Origin: Pseudomonas aeruginosa
Lineage (GTDB): Bacteria > Pseudomonadota > Gammaproteobacteria > Pseudomonadales > Pseudomonadaceae
DNA length: 32,000 nt
Reading direction: 5' to 3'
Assembly (NCBI RefSeq): GCF_001457615.1
Contig: NZ_LN831024.1
Location: forward strand, 5,130,001 to 5,162,000
The position numbers and the translations under genes are program-made. This document shows positions 8,072 through 17,795 of this stretch, piece after piece (the stretch's first letter is position 1; every line of letters begins with the position of its first letter). The notes beneath the pieces were generated by a model that saw nothing but the letters and a program-made list of their open reading frames with translations, was not told the origin of the DNA and made no database searches.

Positions 8072-8655
8072 ACAACTTCCCTGCACAACAGCGCGGCGCC
8101 ACGCTGGTCATCGCCCTGGCGATCCTGGTGATCGTCACCCTGCTGGCGGTCTCGAGCATGCGCGAAGTGGTACTGGAAAGCCGCATCACCGGCAACGTCA
8201 TCGAACAGACTCGCTTGCAGAACGCCGCCGAGTCCGGACTCCGCGAAGGCGAGCGGCGCTTCGTCAACACCCTGCGTCCGCCGGAGCCCGGCACCGGTTG
8301 TACGGCCGACAACGTGGCCCGCCCCTGCCTGCTGGACCTCGCCGCGCTGAACCTGAAGCTGGCGGACACCCACCAGAATCCGGTCGGCGTGCTGAAGGGC
8401 ATCGCCAATACCTGGATGAGTTACCGCGGCAGCGACATCAGCAGCGCGACCACCGCGGGCACGCTCTACAGCGTGCAGTGGAACAACCTGCCCATTCCCT
8501 CGGGCGGCCAGGTCAACGAAGCGGAAAGCCCCGAATACGGCAACCTGATGCGCGGCATCGGCACCTTCTACTACGAGACCAATAGCGTCGCGCGCAACCA
8601 GACCAACAGCGAAACCGTCCTGCAGACCGTTCTCGCCCGTCTCTATACCAACTGA
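8068..8655 (+). CDS. pilX: Type IV minor pilin PilX (GspK-like, no Glu5)
   Basis: ATG 8068 (MNNFPAQQRG|ATLVIALAILVIVTLLAVSSM). ATGA overlap with the pilW stop. 195 aa. Confidence 0.93.
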   Translation: MNNFPAQQRGATLVIALAILVIVTLLAVSSMREVVLESRITGNVIEQTRLQNAAESGLREGERRFVNTLRPPEPGTGCTADNVARPCLLDLAALNLKLADTHQNPVGVLKGIANTWMSYRGSDISSATTAGTLYSVQWNNLPIPSGGQVNEAESPEYGNLMRGIGTFYYETNSVARNQTNSETVLQTVLARLYTN

Positions 8656-8666
8656 TCGAGCCTCGC

Positions 8667-11600
8667 ATGAAATCGGTACTCCACCAGATCGGCAAGACCT
8701 CGCTGGCAGCCGCGCTCAGCGGCGCCGTCCTGCTCTCCGCCCAGACCACCCACGCCGCCGCCCTGTCGGTCAGCCAGCAGCCGCTGATGCTGATCCAGGG
8801 CGTCGCCCCGAACATGCTGGTGACTCTCGACGACTCGGGCAGTATGGCTTATGCCTATGCACCGGATAGCCTGGTCAACAGCCGCAACAACGTCTATTTC
8901 GCGTCGAACAGCTACAACCCGATGTACTTCGACCCGAATACCCAGTACAAGCTGCCGAAAAAGGTGACCCTTTCCAATGGCCAGATCCAGGTGCAGGACT
9001 ATTCCAAGCCCAGCTTCACCGCGGCATGGCGCAACGGTTTCACTCAGGAAGGCCGGGTAAACCTTTCCCGTGACTACAGGCCAACGGTGCAGTACCAGGG
9101 CGGATCGGGAGCAGGCACCGAGTCCAGCATCGACTGGTACGGGGCTCCTGCCTTCTACTACCAATACAGCGGGGGCCGCGGTTGCAGCCTCACCACTTCG
9201 AGTTGCTACACCCGTGTGGAAATCAGCGGCGCGGCCCAGCAGCAGAACTTCGCCAACTGGTACTCCTTCTATCGTACCCGCGCCCTGGCCACCCAGACCG
9301 CCGCTAACCTGGCGTTCTACAGCCTGCCTGAAAACGCCCGGATCAGTTGGCAACTACTGAACAGTTCCTCGTGCCTGATCGGCAGTGGCTCCAGTAACTG
9401 TTACAACAACTACCTGAGAGACTTCACCGGGCAACATCGGGTGAACTTCTTCAACTGGCTGGAGAACCTGTCGGTCGGAGGTGGTACTCCGCTGCGTCAG
9501 GCCATGACTCGAGCAGGGGAGTTTCTCAAGAAGACCGGCGTCAACGGCCCCTATGCCTATCGACCTGGTACCCAGACCTCGCCGGAATACAGCTGCCGTG
9601 GCAGCTATCACATTCTGATGACCGATGGTCTTTGGAACAACGACTCGGCCAGCGTAGGCAATGCCGACAGCACGAGTCGTAGCCTCCCCGATGGCAAGAG
9701 CTACAGCAGCCAGACGCCTTACAGGGATGCTGCGTCCAATACCCTGGCCGACCAGGCCTTCCATTACTGGGCCACCGATGCCCGGCCGGATATCGACGAC
9801 AATATCAAGCCGTACATTCCCTACCCGGACCAGGCCAATCCCTCGGCGGAGTACTGGAATCCGCGCAACGATCCGGCGACCTGGCAGCACATGGTGACCT
9901 ATACCCTGGGCCTGGGCCTGACCACCAGCCTCACCAGCCCGAAGTGGGAGGGTTCCACCTACTCCGGCGGCTATGACGAAATCGCCGCCGGGCGCCTCAG
10001 CTGGCCGAACGCTTCGAATAACCATAGCAACAACGTCTATGACCTGTGGCACGCCGCAGTGAACTCCCGGGGCGAGTTCTTCAGCGCCGACTCGCCGGAC
10101 CAACTGGTCGCGGCCTTCCAGGACATCCTCAACCGAATTTCGGGCAAGGACCTGCCGGCATCCCGCCCCGCCATCAGCTCGTCCCTGCAGGAAGACGACA
10201 CTGGCGACAAGCTGACCCGCTTCGCCTACCAGACCAGCTTCGCCAGCGACAAGAACTGGGCTGGCGACCTGACCCGCTACAGCCTGACCACCCAGGACAA
10301 GGCCACCGTGCAGACCAAGCTGTGGAGCGCGCAGAGCATCCTCGACGCGATGCCCAACGGTGGAGCTGGCCGCAAGATCATGATGGCCGGATCCGGTACC
10401 TCGGGCCTCAAGGAGTTCACCTGGGGCAGCCTCAGCGCCGACCAGCAGCGGCAGTTGAACCGCGATCCGGACCGCAACGATGTCGCCGACACCAAGGGCC
10501 AGGACCGCGTGGCCTTCCTGCGCGGCGATCGCAGCAAGGAGAACAGCGACAACTTCCGCACCCGCAACTCGATCCTCGGCGATATCATCAACTCCTCGCC
10601 GGCGACGGTCGGCAAGGCCCAGTACCTGACCTACCTGGCCCAGCCGATCGAGCCCAGCGGCAACTACTCCACGTTCGCAGAAGCACAGAAAACCCGTGCC
10701 CCGCGGGTATACGTCGGCGCCAACGACGGCATGCTGCACGGTTTCGATACCGACGGTAACGAGACCTTCGCCTTCATCCCAAGCGCGGTCTTCGAGAAGC
10801 TCCACAAGTTGACCGCCCGCGGCTACCAGGGCGGCGCCCACCAGTTCTACGTCGACGGCTCGCCGGTGGTCGCCGACGCCTTCTTCGGCGGCGCCTGGCA
10901 TACCGTGCTGATCGGCAGCCTGCGCGCCGGCGGCAAGGGCCTGTTCGCCCTCGACGTGACCGATCCCGCCAACATCAAGCTGCTCTGGGAAATCGGCGTG
11001 GACCAGGAGCCCGACCTTGGCTACAGCTTCCCCAAACCCACGGTCGCCCGGCTGCACAACGGCAAGTGGGCTGTGGTCACCGGAAACGGTTATTCCAGCC
11101 TGAACGACAAGGCCGCGCTGCTGATCATCGACCTGGAGACCGGGGCCATCACCCGCAAACTGGAAGTCACCGGCAGGACCGGCGTACCCAACGGCCTATC
11201 CAGCCCTCGCCTGGCAGACAACAACAGCGACGGCGTAGCCGACTACGCCTACGCCGGCGACCTGCAAGGCAACCTCTGGCGCTTCGACCTGATCGCCGGC
11301 AAGGTCAACCAGGACGATCCGTTCAGCCGAGCCAACGACGGCCCGGCGGTGGCCTCGAGCTTCAGGGTGTCTTTCGGTGGCCAGCCGCTCTATTCGGCAG
11401 TCGACTCCGCCGGCGCGGCGCAAGCGATCACCGCCGCGCCCTCGCTGGTTCGCCATCCGACACGCAAGGGCTACATCGTGATCTTCGGTACCGGCAAGTA
11501 TTTCGAGAACGCCGACGCCCGGGCCGATACCAGCCGCGCCCAGACGCTCTACGGCATCTGGGACCAGCAAACCAAGGGCGAAGCCGCGGGCAGCACACCC

Positions 11601-12158
11601 CGACTGACGCGCGGCAACCTGCAGCAGCAGACACTGGACCTCCAGGCCGACTCGACCTTCGCCTCGACCGCTCGCACCATTCGCATCGCCAGTCAGAACC
11701 CGGTCAACTGGCTGAACAATGACGGCAGCACCAAGCAGTCCGGCTGGTATCTGGACTTCATGGTCAACGGCACCCTGAAGGGCGAGATGCTGATCGAGGA
11801 CATGATCGCCATCGGCCAGGTGGTGCTGCTGCAAACCATCACCCCGAACGATGACCCCTGTGCCGACGGCGCCAGCAACTGGACCTATGGCCTCGATCCC
11901 TATACCGGCGGTCGCACCAGCTTCACCGTGTTCGACCTGGCACGCCAGGGCGTCGTGGACTCGAAATCCGACTACAGCTACAACAAGCAGAACGTCGCGG
12001 TATCCGGTACCGAGCAGAAAGGCCTGGGAGGCTTGACGCTGAGCACCAACGAACAGGGCAATCCGGAAGTCTGCTCCTCGGGCGAATGCCTGACCGTGAA
12101 CCCCGGTCCGAACACCCGTGGCCGCCAGAACTGGCGCCCCATCGAAGGAAAGAACTGA
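8667..12158 (+). CDS. pilY1: Type IV pilus tip adhesin / anti-retraction and mechanosensory protein PilY1
   Basis: 1163 aa. Sec signal peptide (…SAQTTHA|AAL), vWA-like N-terminal part and PilC/PilY1 beta-propeller C-terminal part. RGD at residues 619-621 (10521-10529). Ca-site motifs DPDRNDVAD (600-608) and DNNSDGVAD (851-859). Confidence 0.97.
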   Translation: MKSVLHQIGKTSLAAALSGAVLLSAQTTHAAALSVSQQPLMLIQGVAPNMLVTLDDSGSMAYAYAPDSLVNSRNNVYFASNSYNPMYFDPNTQYKLPKKVTLSNGQIQVQDYSKPSFTAAWRNGFTQEGRVNLSRDYRPTVQYQGGSGAGTESSIDWYGAPAFYYQYSGGRGCSLTTSSCYTRVEISGAAQQQNFANWYSFYRTRALATQTAANLAFYSLPENARISWQLLNSSSCLIGSGSSNCYNNYLRDFTGQHRVNFFNWLENLSVGGGTPLRQAMTRAGEFLKKTGVNGPYAYRPGTQTSPEYSCRGSYHILMTDGLWNNDSASVGNADSTSRSLPDGKSYSSQTPYRDAASNTLADQAFHYWATDARPDIDDNIKPYIPYPDQANPSAEYWNPRNDPATWQHMVTYTLGLGLTTSLTSPKWEGSTYSGGYDEIAAGRLSWPNASNNHSNNVYDLWHAAVNSRGEFFSADSPDQLVAAFQDILNRISGKDLPASRPAISSSLQEDDTGDKLTRFAYQTSFASDKNWAGDLTRYSLTTQDKATVQTKLWSAQSILDAMPNGGAGRKIMMAGSGTSGLKEFTWGSLSADQQRQLNRDPDRNDVADTKGQDRVAFLRGDRSKENSDNFRTRNSILGDIINSSPATVGKAQYLTYLAQPIEPSGNYSTFAEAQKTRAPRVYVGANDGMLHGFDTDGNETFAFIPSAVFEKLHKLTARGYQGGAHQFYVDGSPVVADAFFGGAWHTVLIGSLRAGGKGLFALDVTDPANIKLLWEIGVDQEPDLGYSFPKPTVARLHNGKWAVVTGNGYSSLNDKAALLIIDLETGAITRKLEVTGRTGVPNGLSSPRLADNNSDGVADYAYAGDLQGNLWRFDLIAGKVNQDDPFSRANDGPAVASSFRVSFGGQPLYSAVDSAGAAQAITAAPSLVRHPTRKGYIVIFGTGKYFENADARADTSRAQTLYGIWDQQTKGEAAGSTPRLTRGNLQQQTLDLQADSTFASTARTIRIASQNPVNWLNNDGSTKQSGWYLDFMVNGTLKGEMLIEDMIAIGQVVLLQTITPNDDPCADGASNWTYGLDPYTGGRTSFTVFDLARQGVVDSKSDYSYNKQNVAVSGTEQKGLGGLTLSTNEQGNPEVCSSGECLTVNPGPNTRGRQNWRPIEGKN

Positions 12159-12159
12159 T

Positions 12160-12507
12160 ATGAAAGTGCTGCCTATGCTGCTGGCCCTGGCCGTTCCCGG
12201 CCTCTGCTGGGCCGAAGATCCCCAGACCTTCGAAGGCGCTGGCGTGGTCTTCGAAGTCCAGGTCGAGAAGAACCTGGTGGACATCGACCACCGGCTCTAC
12301 CGCCTGCCCAACAGCACCGTCAGGAACGGCATGCCCAGCCTGTTCCAGGTCAAGCCGGGCTCCGTGGTGTCCTACTCTGGCACCGTCAGCCAGCCGTGGT
12401 CCACCATCACCGATATCTACATTCACAAACAGATGAGCGAACAGGAGCTGGCCGAGATGATCGAGAAAGAACAGCCCCGCCAGGACGGGGAGGAGCAGCC
12501 CCGATGA
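12160..12507 (+). CDS. pilY2: PilY2, small secreted pilus-associated protein
   Basis: ATG 12160 lies 1 nt after the pilY1 stop. Signal peptide [18 protein letters not shown]|EDP. 115 aa. The stop overlaps the pilE ATG (ATGA). Confidence 0.8.
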
Positions 12508-12929
12508 GGACAAGACAGAAGGGCTTCACGTTGCTGGAAATGGTGGTGGTAGTGGCGGTGATCGGCATCCTCCTCGGCATCGCCATTCCCAGTTACCAGA
12601 ACTACGTGATCCGCTCCAACCGCACCGAGGGCCAGGCCCTGCTCTCGGACGCGGCCGCGCGCCAGGAACGCTACTACTCGCAGAACCCCGGGGTCGGCTA
12701 CACCAAGGACGTGGCCAAGCTGGGCATGAGTTCGGCCAACTCGCCGAACAACCTGTACAACCTCACCATAGCGACGCCCACCAGCACCACCTATACCCTG
12801 ACCGCCACGCCGATCAACTCGCAGACCCGCGACAAGACCTGCGGCAAGCTGACCCTCAATCAGCTCGGCGAACGCGGCGCAGCCGGCAAGACCGGCAACA
12901 ACAGCACCGTCAACGACTGCTGGCGCTGA
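12504..12929 (+). CDS. pilE: Type IV minor pilin PilE
   Basis: ATG 12504 (MRTRQKG|[27 protein letters not shown]), a canonical leader. C-terminal Cys pair (KTCGK…NDCWR). 141 aa. Confidence 0.95.
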
Positions 12930-12933
12930 AACG

Positions 12934-12962
12934 AAAGAGCCCCTCTACGAGAGGGGCTCTTT
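12934..12962. terminator. Bidirectional intrinsic terminator between pilE and the convergent ispH
   Basis: AAAGAGCCCCTC (12934-12945), loop TACGA, GAGGGGCTCTTT (12951-12962). A perfect 12-bp stem with A/T runs built in. Confidence 0.85.
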
Positions 12963-12975
12963 CATTGCGCACGGT

Positions 12976-13920
12976 TCACAAAGCCTTGACCCGCAGTTCC
13001 TTGGGCATCGAGAAGGTAATGTTCTCCTCCCGCCCCTCCAGTTCCTGCTCCTCCGACGCCCCCCACTCGCGTAGCTGGGCGATCACGCCGCGCACCAGCA
13101 CTTCCGGCGCGGAAGCGCCTGCGGTGATTCCGATGCGACGCACACCGTCGAACCAGCCGCGTTGCATGTCCTCGGCGCCGTCGATCAGGTAGGCCGGCGT
13201 GCCCATCCGCTCGGCGAGTTCGCGCAGGCGGTTGGAGTTGGAACTGTTGGGGCTGCCCACCACCAGGACCATGTCGCACTGGTCGGCCAGTTCCTTCACG
13301 GCATCCTGGCGGTTCTGGGTGGCATAGCAGATGTCGTTCTTGCGCGGTCCCTGGATCTGCGGGAACTTGGCGCGCAGGGCATCGATGACCTTCGAGGTGT
13401 CGTCCATCGACAGGGTCGTCTGGGTCACGTAGTGCAGGGCTTCGGGCTTGCGCACCTCCAGCGCGGCGACGTCGGCCTCGTCCTCCACTAGGTAGATGGC
13501 ACCACCGTTGCTGGCATCGTACTGGCCCATGGTGCCTTCCACCTCGGGGTGCCCTTCATGCCCGATCAGCACGCATTCGTGGCCGTCGCGGCTGTAGCGC
13601 ACCACTTCCATGTGCACTTTGGTCACCAGCGGGCAGGTCGCGTCGAAAACCTTCAGGCCGCGCCCCTCGGCTTCCTTGCGGACCGCCTGGGAAACGCCGT
13701 GGGCGCTGAAGATGACGATGACGTTGTTCGGCACCTGATCGAGTTCCTCGACGAAGATGGCGCCGCGCTGGCGCAGGTTGTCCACGACGAACTTGTTGTG
13801 CACCACCTCGTGACGCACGTAGATCGGCGGACCGAAGACATCGAGGGCACGGTTGACGATCTCGATGGCGCGATCCACGCCGGCGCAGAAGCCGCGGGGA
13901 TTGGCGAGTTTGATTTGCAT
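12976..13920 (-). CDS. ispH: 4-hydroxy-3-methylbut-2-enyl diphosphate reductase IspH (LytB)
   Basis: True start ATG at 13920 ([22 protein letters not shown]…); the track ORF extends falsely to 14097. Conserved Cys ligands (FCAGV, ATCPLV, DICYAT). 314 aa. Confidence 0.95.
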   Translation of the reverse strand: MQIKLANPRGFCAGVDRAIEIVNRALDVFGPPIYVRHEVVHNKFVVDNLRQRGAIFVEELDQVPNNVIVIFSAHGVSQAVRKEAEGRGLKVFDATCPLVTKVHMEVVRYSRDGHECVLIGHEGHPEVEGTMGQYDASNGGAIYLVEDEADVAALEVRKPEALHYVTQTTLSMDDTSKVIDALRAKFPQIQGPRKNDICYATQNRQDAVKELADQCDMVLVVGSPNSSNSNRLRELAERMGTPAYLIDGAEDMQRGWFDGVRRIGITAGASAPEVLVRGVIAQLREWGASEEQELEGREENITFSMPKELRVKAL

Positions 13921-14005
13921 GGCGGTCTCGTGGGCGACGCGGTGATTGGACGAATGAACCTTGCTACCGCCCTCCCCGCTTGGGAAGGGCGCAGCGACCG
14001 ACGGT

Positions 14006-14446
14006 TCAGGCCGGCTGGACGTCGATGATCTCGACTTCGAAGGCCAGGGTCTTGCCGGCCAGCGGATGATTGAAGTCGACGGTAACCTGCTGCTCATCGA
14101 ACGCCTTGACCACGCCCGGCAGTTCGGTCTTGGCCGCGTCGTTGAAGATCACCAGCAGGCCCTCGGCCAGCTCCATGTCCTGGAACTGGTCGCGCGGCAT
14201 GATCTGCACGTTCTGCGGATTCGGCTGGCCGAAACCCTGCTCGGGAAGAATGCTCAGGGTGCGCTTGTCGCCAGCCTTCAAGCCGAACAGCGCCTGTTCG
14301 AAGCCCGGCAGCAGGTTGCCGTCGCCGACCTTGAACGAGGCCGGCTGCTTGTCGAAGGTGCTGTCGACGACGTTGCCGTCCTCCAGCTTGAGGGCGAAAT
14401 GCAGGGTGACGCGGCTCTCCTGGCCAATGCGGGTCGACTCAGCCAT
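14006..14446 (-). CDS. fkpB: FKBP-type peptidyl-prolyl cis-trans isomerase (FkpB/SlpA-like)
   Basis: Start ATG 14446 ([31 protein letters not shown]…). 146 aa. Conserved ileS-lspA-fkpB-ispH order. The start overlaps the lspA stop by 8 nt. Confidence 0.9.
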   Translation of the reverse strand: MAESTRIGQESRVTLHFALKLEDGNVVDSTFDKQPASFKVGDGNLLPGFEQALFGLKAGDKRTLSILPEQGFGQPNPQNVQIMPRDQFQDMELAEGLLVIFNDAAKTELPGVVKAFDEQQVTVDFNHPLAGKTLAFEVEIIDVQPA

Positions 14447-14948
14447 GGGCGGCTTCTCCGGATTTCTTCGATCTGAACATGTCGAGCGCCAGCATGACGG
14501 CGCCGACGGTGATGGCGCTATCGGCCAGGTTGAACGCCGGGAAGTACCAGCGGTTCTGCCAGTGCACCAGGATGAAGTCCACCACGTGGCCAAGAACCAT
14601 GCGGTCGTAGAGGTTGCCCAGGGCGCCACCGAGCACCAGCGCCAGGGCGATGGCCAACCAGGTCTCGCCTTTCTTCAGGCGTTTCAGCCAGACCACCAGG
14701 ATCGCGCTGACGACGATGGCGATCAGGGCGAACAGCCAGCGCTGCCAGCCCGAGCTGTCGGCCAGGAAGCTGAAGGCGGCACCGGTGTTGTAGGCCAGGG
14801 TCCAGCTGAACAGATCAGGGATCACCACGATCTGCTGGTACATGCTCAGTTCGGCCTGGAAGAACGCCTTGCTGACCTGGTCGAGGACGAACACCAGCAC
14901 GGTGATCCACAACCAGGGCAAGCGCCCGAAACGATCGACGTCAGGCAT
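14439..14948 (-). CDS. lspA: Lipoprotein signal peptidase II (LspA)
   Basis: 169 aa, four TM segments, with conserved N…D motifs ([18 protein letters not shown]). The start overlaps the ileS stop by 8 nt. Confidence 0.95.
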   Translation of the reverse strand: MPDVDRFGRLPWLWITVLVFVLDQVSKAFFQAELSMYQQIVVIPDLFSWTLAYNTGAAFSFLADSSGWQRWLFALIAIVVSAILVVWLKRLKKGETWLAIALALVLGGALGNLYDRMVLGHVVDFILVHWQNRWYFPAFNLADSAITVGAVMLALDMFRSKKSGEAAHG

Positions 14949-17772
14949 AGTGGCGAACCTCGCCGCTGCCTTCGATGTTCTCGATGCAGCGACCGCACAG
15001 GTCAGGATGCGCAGCGTGCTGACCGACGTCCTCGCGATGGTGCCAGCAACGACCGCACTTGGCGTGGGTCGACTTGACCACTTTCAGCTTGAGGCCGGCG
15101 ACTTCGCTGTCCACCGCGTCGGCCGGAGCCGCCGACAGCGGCGCCAGGGTCGCGGTCGAGGTGATCAGGACGAAGCGTAGCTCGTTGCCCAGCTTGGCCA
15201 ATTGGGCCTGCAGCGCGTCTTCCGCATACAGGGTGACCTCGGCCTGCAGGTTGCCGCCCACGGCCTTGGCCGCGCGCTGGTTCTCCAGCTCCTTGTTGAC
15301 CGCGGCCTTCACCGCCATGACCTGCTCCCAGTACTGGCGATTCAGCGTCACGTCGGCCGGCAGTTCGCTGAGGCCGTCGTACCAGGTGGCGAGCATTACC
15401 GACTCGGCACGCTCGCCGGGCAGGAATTTCCAGACTTCCTCGGCGGTGAACGCCAGGATCGGGGCGATCCAGCGCACGAGGGCCTCGGCGATGTGGAACA
15501 GTGCGGTCTGGCAGGAGCGCCGGGCGACGCTGTTGGCGCCGGTGGTGTACTGGCGGTCCTTGATGATGTCCAGGTAGAACCCGCCCAGCTCCTGTACGCA
15601 GAAGTTGTGCACCTTGGAATAGACGTTCCAGAAGCGGTACTCGCGGTACGCCTCTTCGATCTCGCGCTGCAAGAGCAGGGCGCGATCGACCGCCCAGCGA
15701 TCCAGGGCCAGCATTTCCTGGGGCGGCAGCAGATCCGTGGCCGGATCGAAACCGTTCAGGTTGGACAGCAGGAAGCGCGTGGTATTGCGGATCCGCCGGT
15801 AGGCATCGGCGCTACGCTGGAGAATCTGCTGGGATACCGCGATCTCGCCCGAGTAATCGGTCGAAGCCACCCACAGGCGCAGGATGTCGGCGCCCAGGGT
15901 ATCGATGACGGTCTGCGGCACCACGGTGTTGCCCAGCGACTTGGACATCTTGCGGCCGGACTCGTCGACGGTGAAACCGTGGGTCAGCAACTGGCGGTAC
16001 GGCGCATGGTTGTCGATCGCGCAGCCGGTCAGCAGCGAGGAGTGGAACCAGCCGCGGTGCTGGTCGGAACCTTCCAGGTAGAGATCGGCGACCGGGCCGC
16101 TGGCATGGCCGATCCGGTGGGAACCACGCAGCACGTGCCAATGGGTGGTGCCGGAGTCGAACCAGACGTCCAGGGTGTCGTTGATCTTCTCGTACTGCGC
16201 GGCCTCCTCGCCGAGCAGCTCGGCGGCGTCGAGCTTGAACCAGGCTTCGATGCCTTCCTTCTCGACTCGCTGCGCGACCTCTTCCATCAGCTCCACGGTG
16301 CGTGGATGCAGTTCGCCACTGGCCTTGTGCAGGAAGAACGGGATCGGTACGCCCCAGTTGCGCTGGCGCGAGATGCACCAGTCGGGACGCCCGGCGATCA
16401 TTCCGTGCAGGCGCGCCTGGCCCCAGCCCGGGACGAATTCGGTCTGGGTGATGGCTTCCAGCGCTCGCTCGCGCAGGGAAGCACCCTGCCTGGGCTGCTT
16501 GTCCATGCCGACGAACCACTGCGCGGTGGCGCGATAGATCAGCGGCGTCTTGTGCCGCCAGCAGTGCATGTAGCTGTGATTGATGGTTTCGTGGGCCAGC
16601 AGGCTGCCGACCTCTTCCAGCTTGGCCACCACGTTGGGGTTGGCCTTCCAGATGAACTGGCCGCCGAAGAACGGCAACGAGTCGACGTAGACGCCGTTGC
16701 TCTGCACCGGGCTGAGGATGTCGTCGTTGCTCATCCCGTAGCGCTTGCAGGTATAGAAGTCGTCTTCGCCGTAGGCCGGCGACGAGTGGACGATACCGGT
16801 GCCGGCATCGAGGGCCACGTAGTCGGCCAGGTAGACCGGCGACAGGCGCTCGTAGAACGGATGGCGGAAGTTGATCAGTTCCAGCGCCTCGCCCTTGGCG
16901 GTGGCGACCACCTTGCCCTCGCGCTGGTAGCGCGCCAGGCAGGACTCGACCAGGGCCTCGGCCAGCACCAGGTAGCGATCGCCGGCATCGACCAGCGCGT
17001 AGTCGATCTCCGGATGCACGTTCAGCGCCTGGTTGGCGGGGATGGTCCAGGGCGTGGTGGTCCAGATGACGATCTGCGCCGGCTTGTCCAGGGCCGCCAG
17101 GCCGAAGGCCGCGGCCAGCTTGTCGGCATCCGCCACCGGGAAGCCGACGTCGATGGTCGGCGACTTCTTGTCGGCGTACTCGACCTCGGCCTCGGCCAGC
17201 GCCGAACCACAGTCGAAGCACCAGTTGACCGGCTTCAGGCCCTTGAACACGAAGTCCTGCTTGACCATTTCCGCGAGGGCGCGGATTTCGTTCGCCTCGT
17301 TGGCGAAATTCATGGTCTTGTAGGGGTTGTCCCACTCGCCGAGCACGCCCAGGCGAATGAAGTCGGCCTTCTGCCCTTCGATCTGCTCGGCCGCGTATTC
17401 GCGGCACAGTTCGCGGGTCTTGTCCGCCGGAAGATTCTTGCCGTGGGTGGTCTCGACCTTGTGCTCGATGGGCAGGCCGTGGCAATCCCAGCCCGGCACA
17501 TAGGGCGCGTCGTAGCCCGCCAGGGTCTTGGAGCGGACAATGATGTCCTTGAGAATCTTGTTGACCGCGTGACCGATGTGAATGCTGCCGTTGGCGTACG
17601 GAGGGCCATCGTGCAGGACGAACTTCGGACGGTCGCCGCCAATGGCCCGCAGCTTCTGGTACAGACCGATGTCGTTCCAGAACTTCAGGGTTTCCGGCTC
17701 GCGCTGGGGCAGGCCGGCTTTCATTGGGAAGGCGGTTTCCGGAAGGTTTAGCGTCGCTTTGTAGTCGGTCAT
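14941..17772 (-). CDS. ileS: Isoleucine--tRNA ligase
   Basis: 943 aa. HIGH motif ([11 protein letters not shown]), KMSKS motif and a C-terminal zinc-finger Cys cluster (CGRCWHH…CGRC). Confidence 0.98.
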   Translation of the reverse strand: MTDYKATLNLPETAFPMKAGLPQREPETLKFWNDIGLYQKLRAIGGDRPKFVLHDGPPYANGSIHIGHAVNKILKDIIVRSKTLAGYDAPYVPGWDCHGLPIEHKVETTHGKNLPADKTRELCREYAAEQIEGQKADFIRLGVLGEWDNPYKTMNFANEANEIRALAEMVKQDFVFKGLKPVNWCFDCGSALAEAEVEYADKKSPTIDVGFPVADADKLAAAFGLAALDKPAQIVIWTTTPWTIPANQALNVHPEIDYALVDAGDRYLVLAEALVESCLARYQREGKVVATAKGEALELINFRHPFYERLSPVYLADYVALDAGTGIVHSSPAYGEDDFYTCKRYGMSNDDILSPVQSNGVYVDSLPFFGGQFIWKANPNVVAKLEEVGSLLAHETINHSYMHCWRHKTPLIYRATAQWFVGMDKQPRQGASLRERALEAITQTEFVPGWGQARLHGMIAGRPDWCISRQRNWGVPIPFFLHKASGELHPRTVELMEEVAQRVEKEGIEAWFKLDAAELLGEEAAQYEKINDTLDVWFDSGTTHWHVLRGSHRIGHASGPVADLYLEGSDQHRGWFHSSLLTGCAIDNHAPYRQLLTHGFTVDESGRKMSKSLGNTVVPQTVIDTLGADILRLWVASTDYSGEIAVSQQILQRSADAYRRIRNTTRFLLSNLNGFDPATDLLPPQEMLALDRWAVDRALLLQREIEEAYREYRFWNVYSKVHNFCVQELGGFYLDIIKDRQYTTGANSVARRSCQTALFHIAEALVRWIAPILAFTAEEVWKFLPGERAESVMLATWYDGLSELPADVTLNRQYWEQVMAVKAAVNKELENQRAAKAVGGNLQAEVTLYAEDALQAQLAKLGNELRFVLITSTATLAPLSAAPADAVDSEVAGLKLKVVKSTHAKCGRCWHHREDVGQHAAHPDLCGRCIENIEGSGEVRHYA

Positions 17773-17795
17773 CTCAGGGCCTGTTCAGGATCTCT

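Noticed and set aside
15202-17751. 849-aa ORF on the + strand opposite ileS. Similar giant antisense ORFs lie opposite pilY1 (9354-11057), murJ (18978-20354), obg (22243-23859), pilR (2885-4090) and the cytochrome gene (26423-27499).
   Set aside because: Each lies exactly antisense to a gene with unmistakable conserved motifs. The translated products are Arg/Ala/Gly/Pro-rich low-information sequence, and no RBS is present. Long stop-free antisense frames are expected at this GC content.
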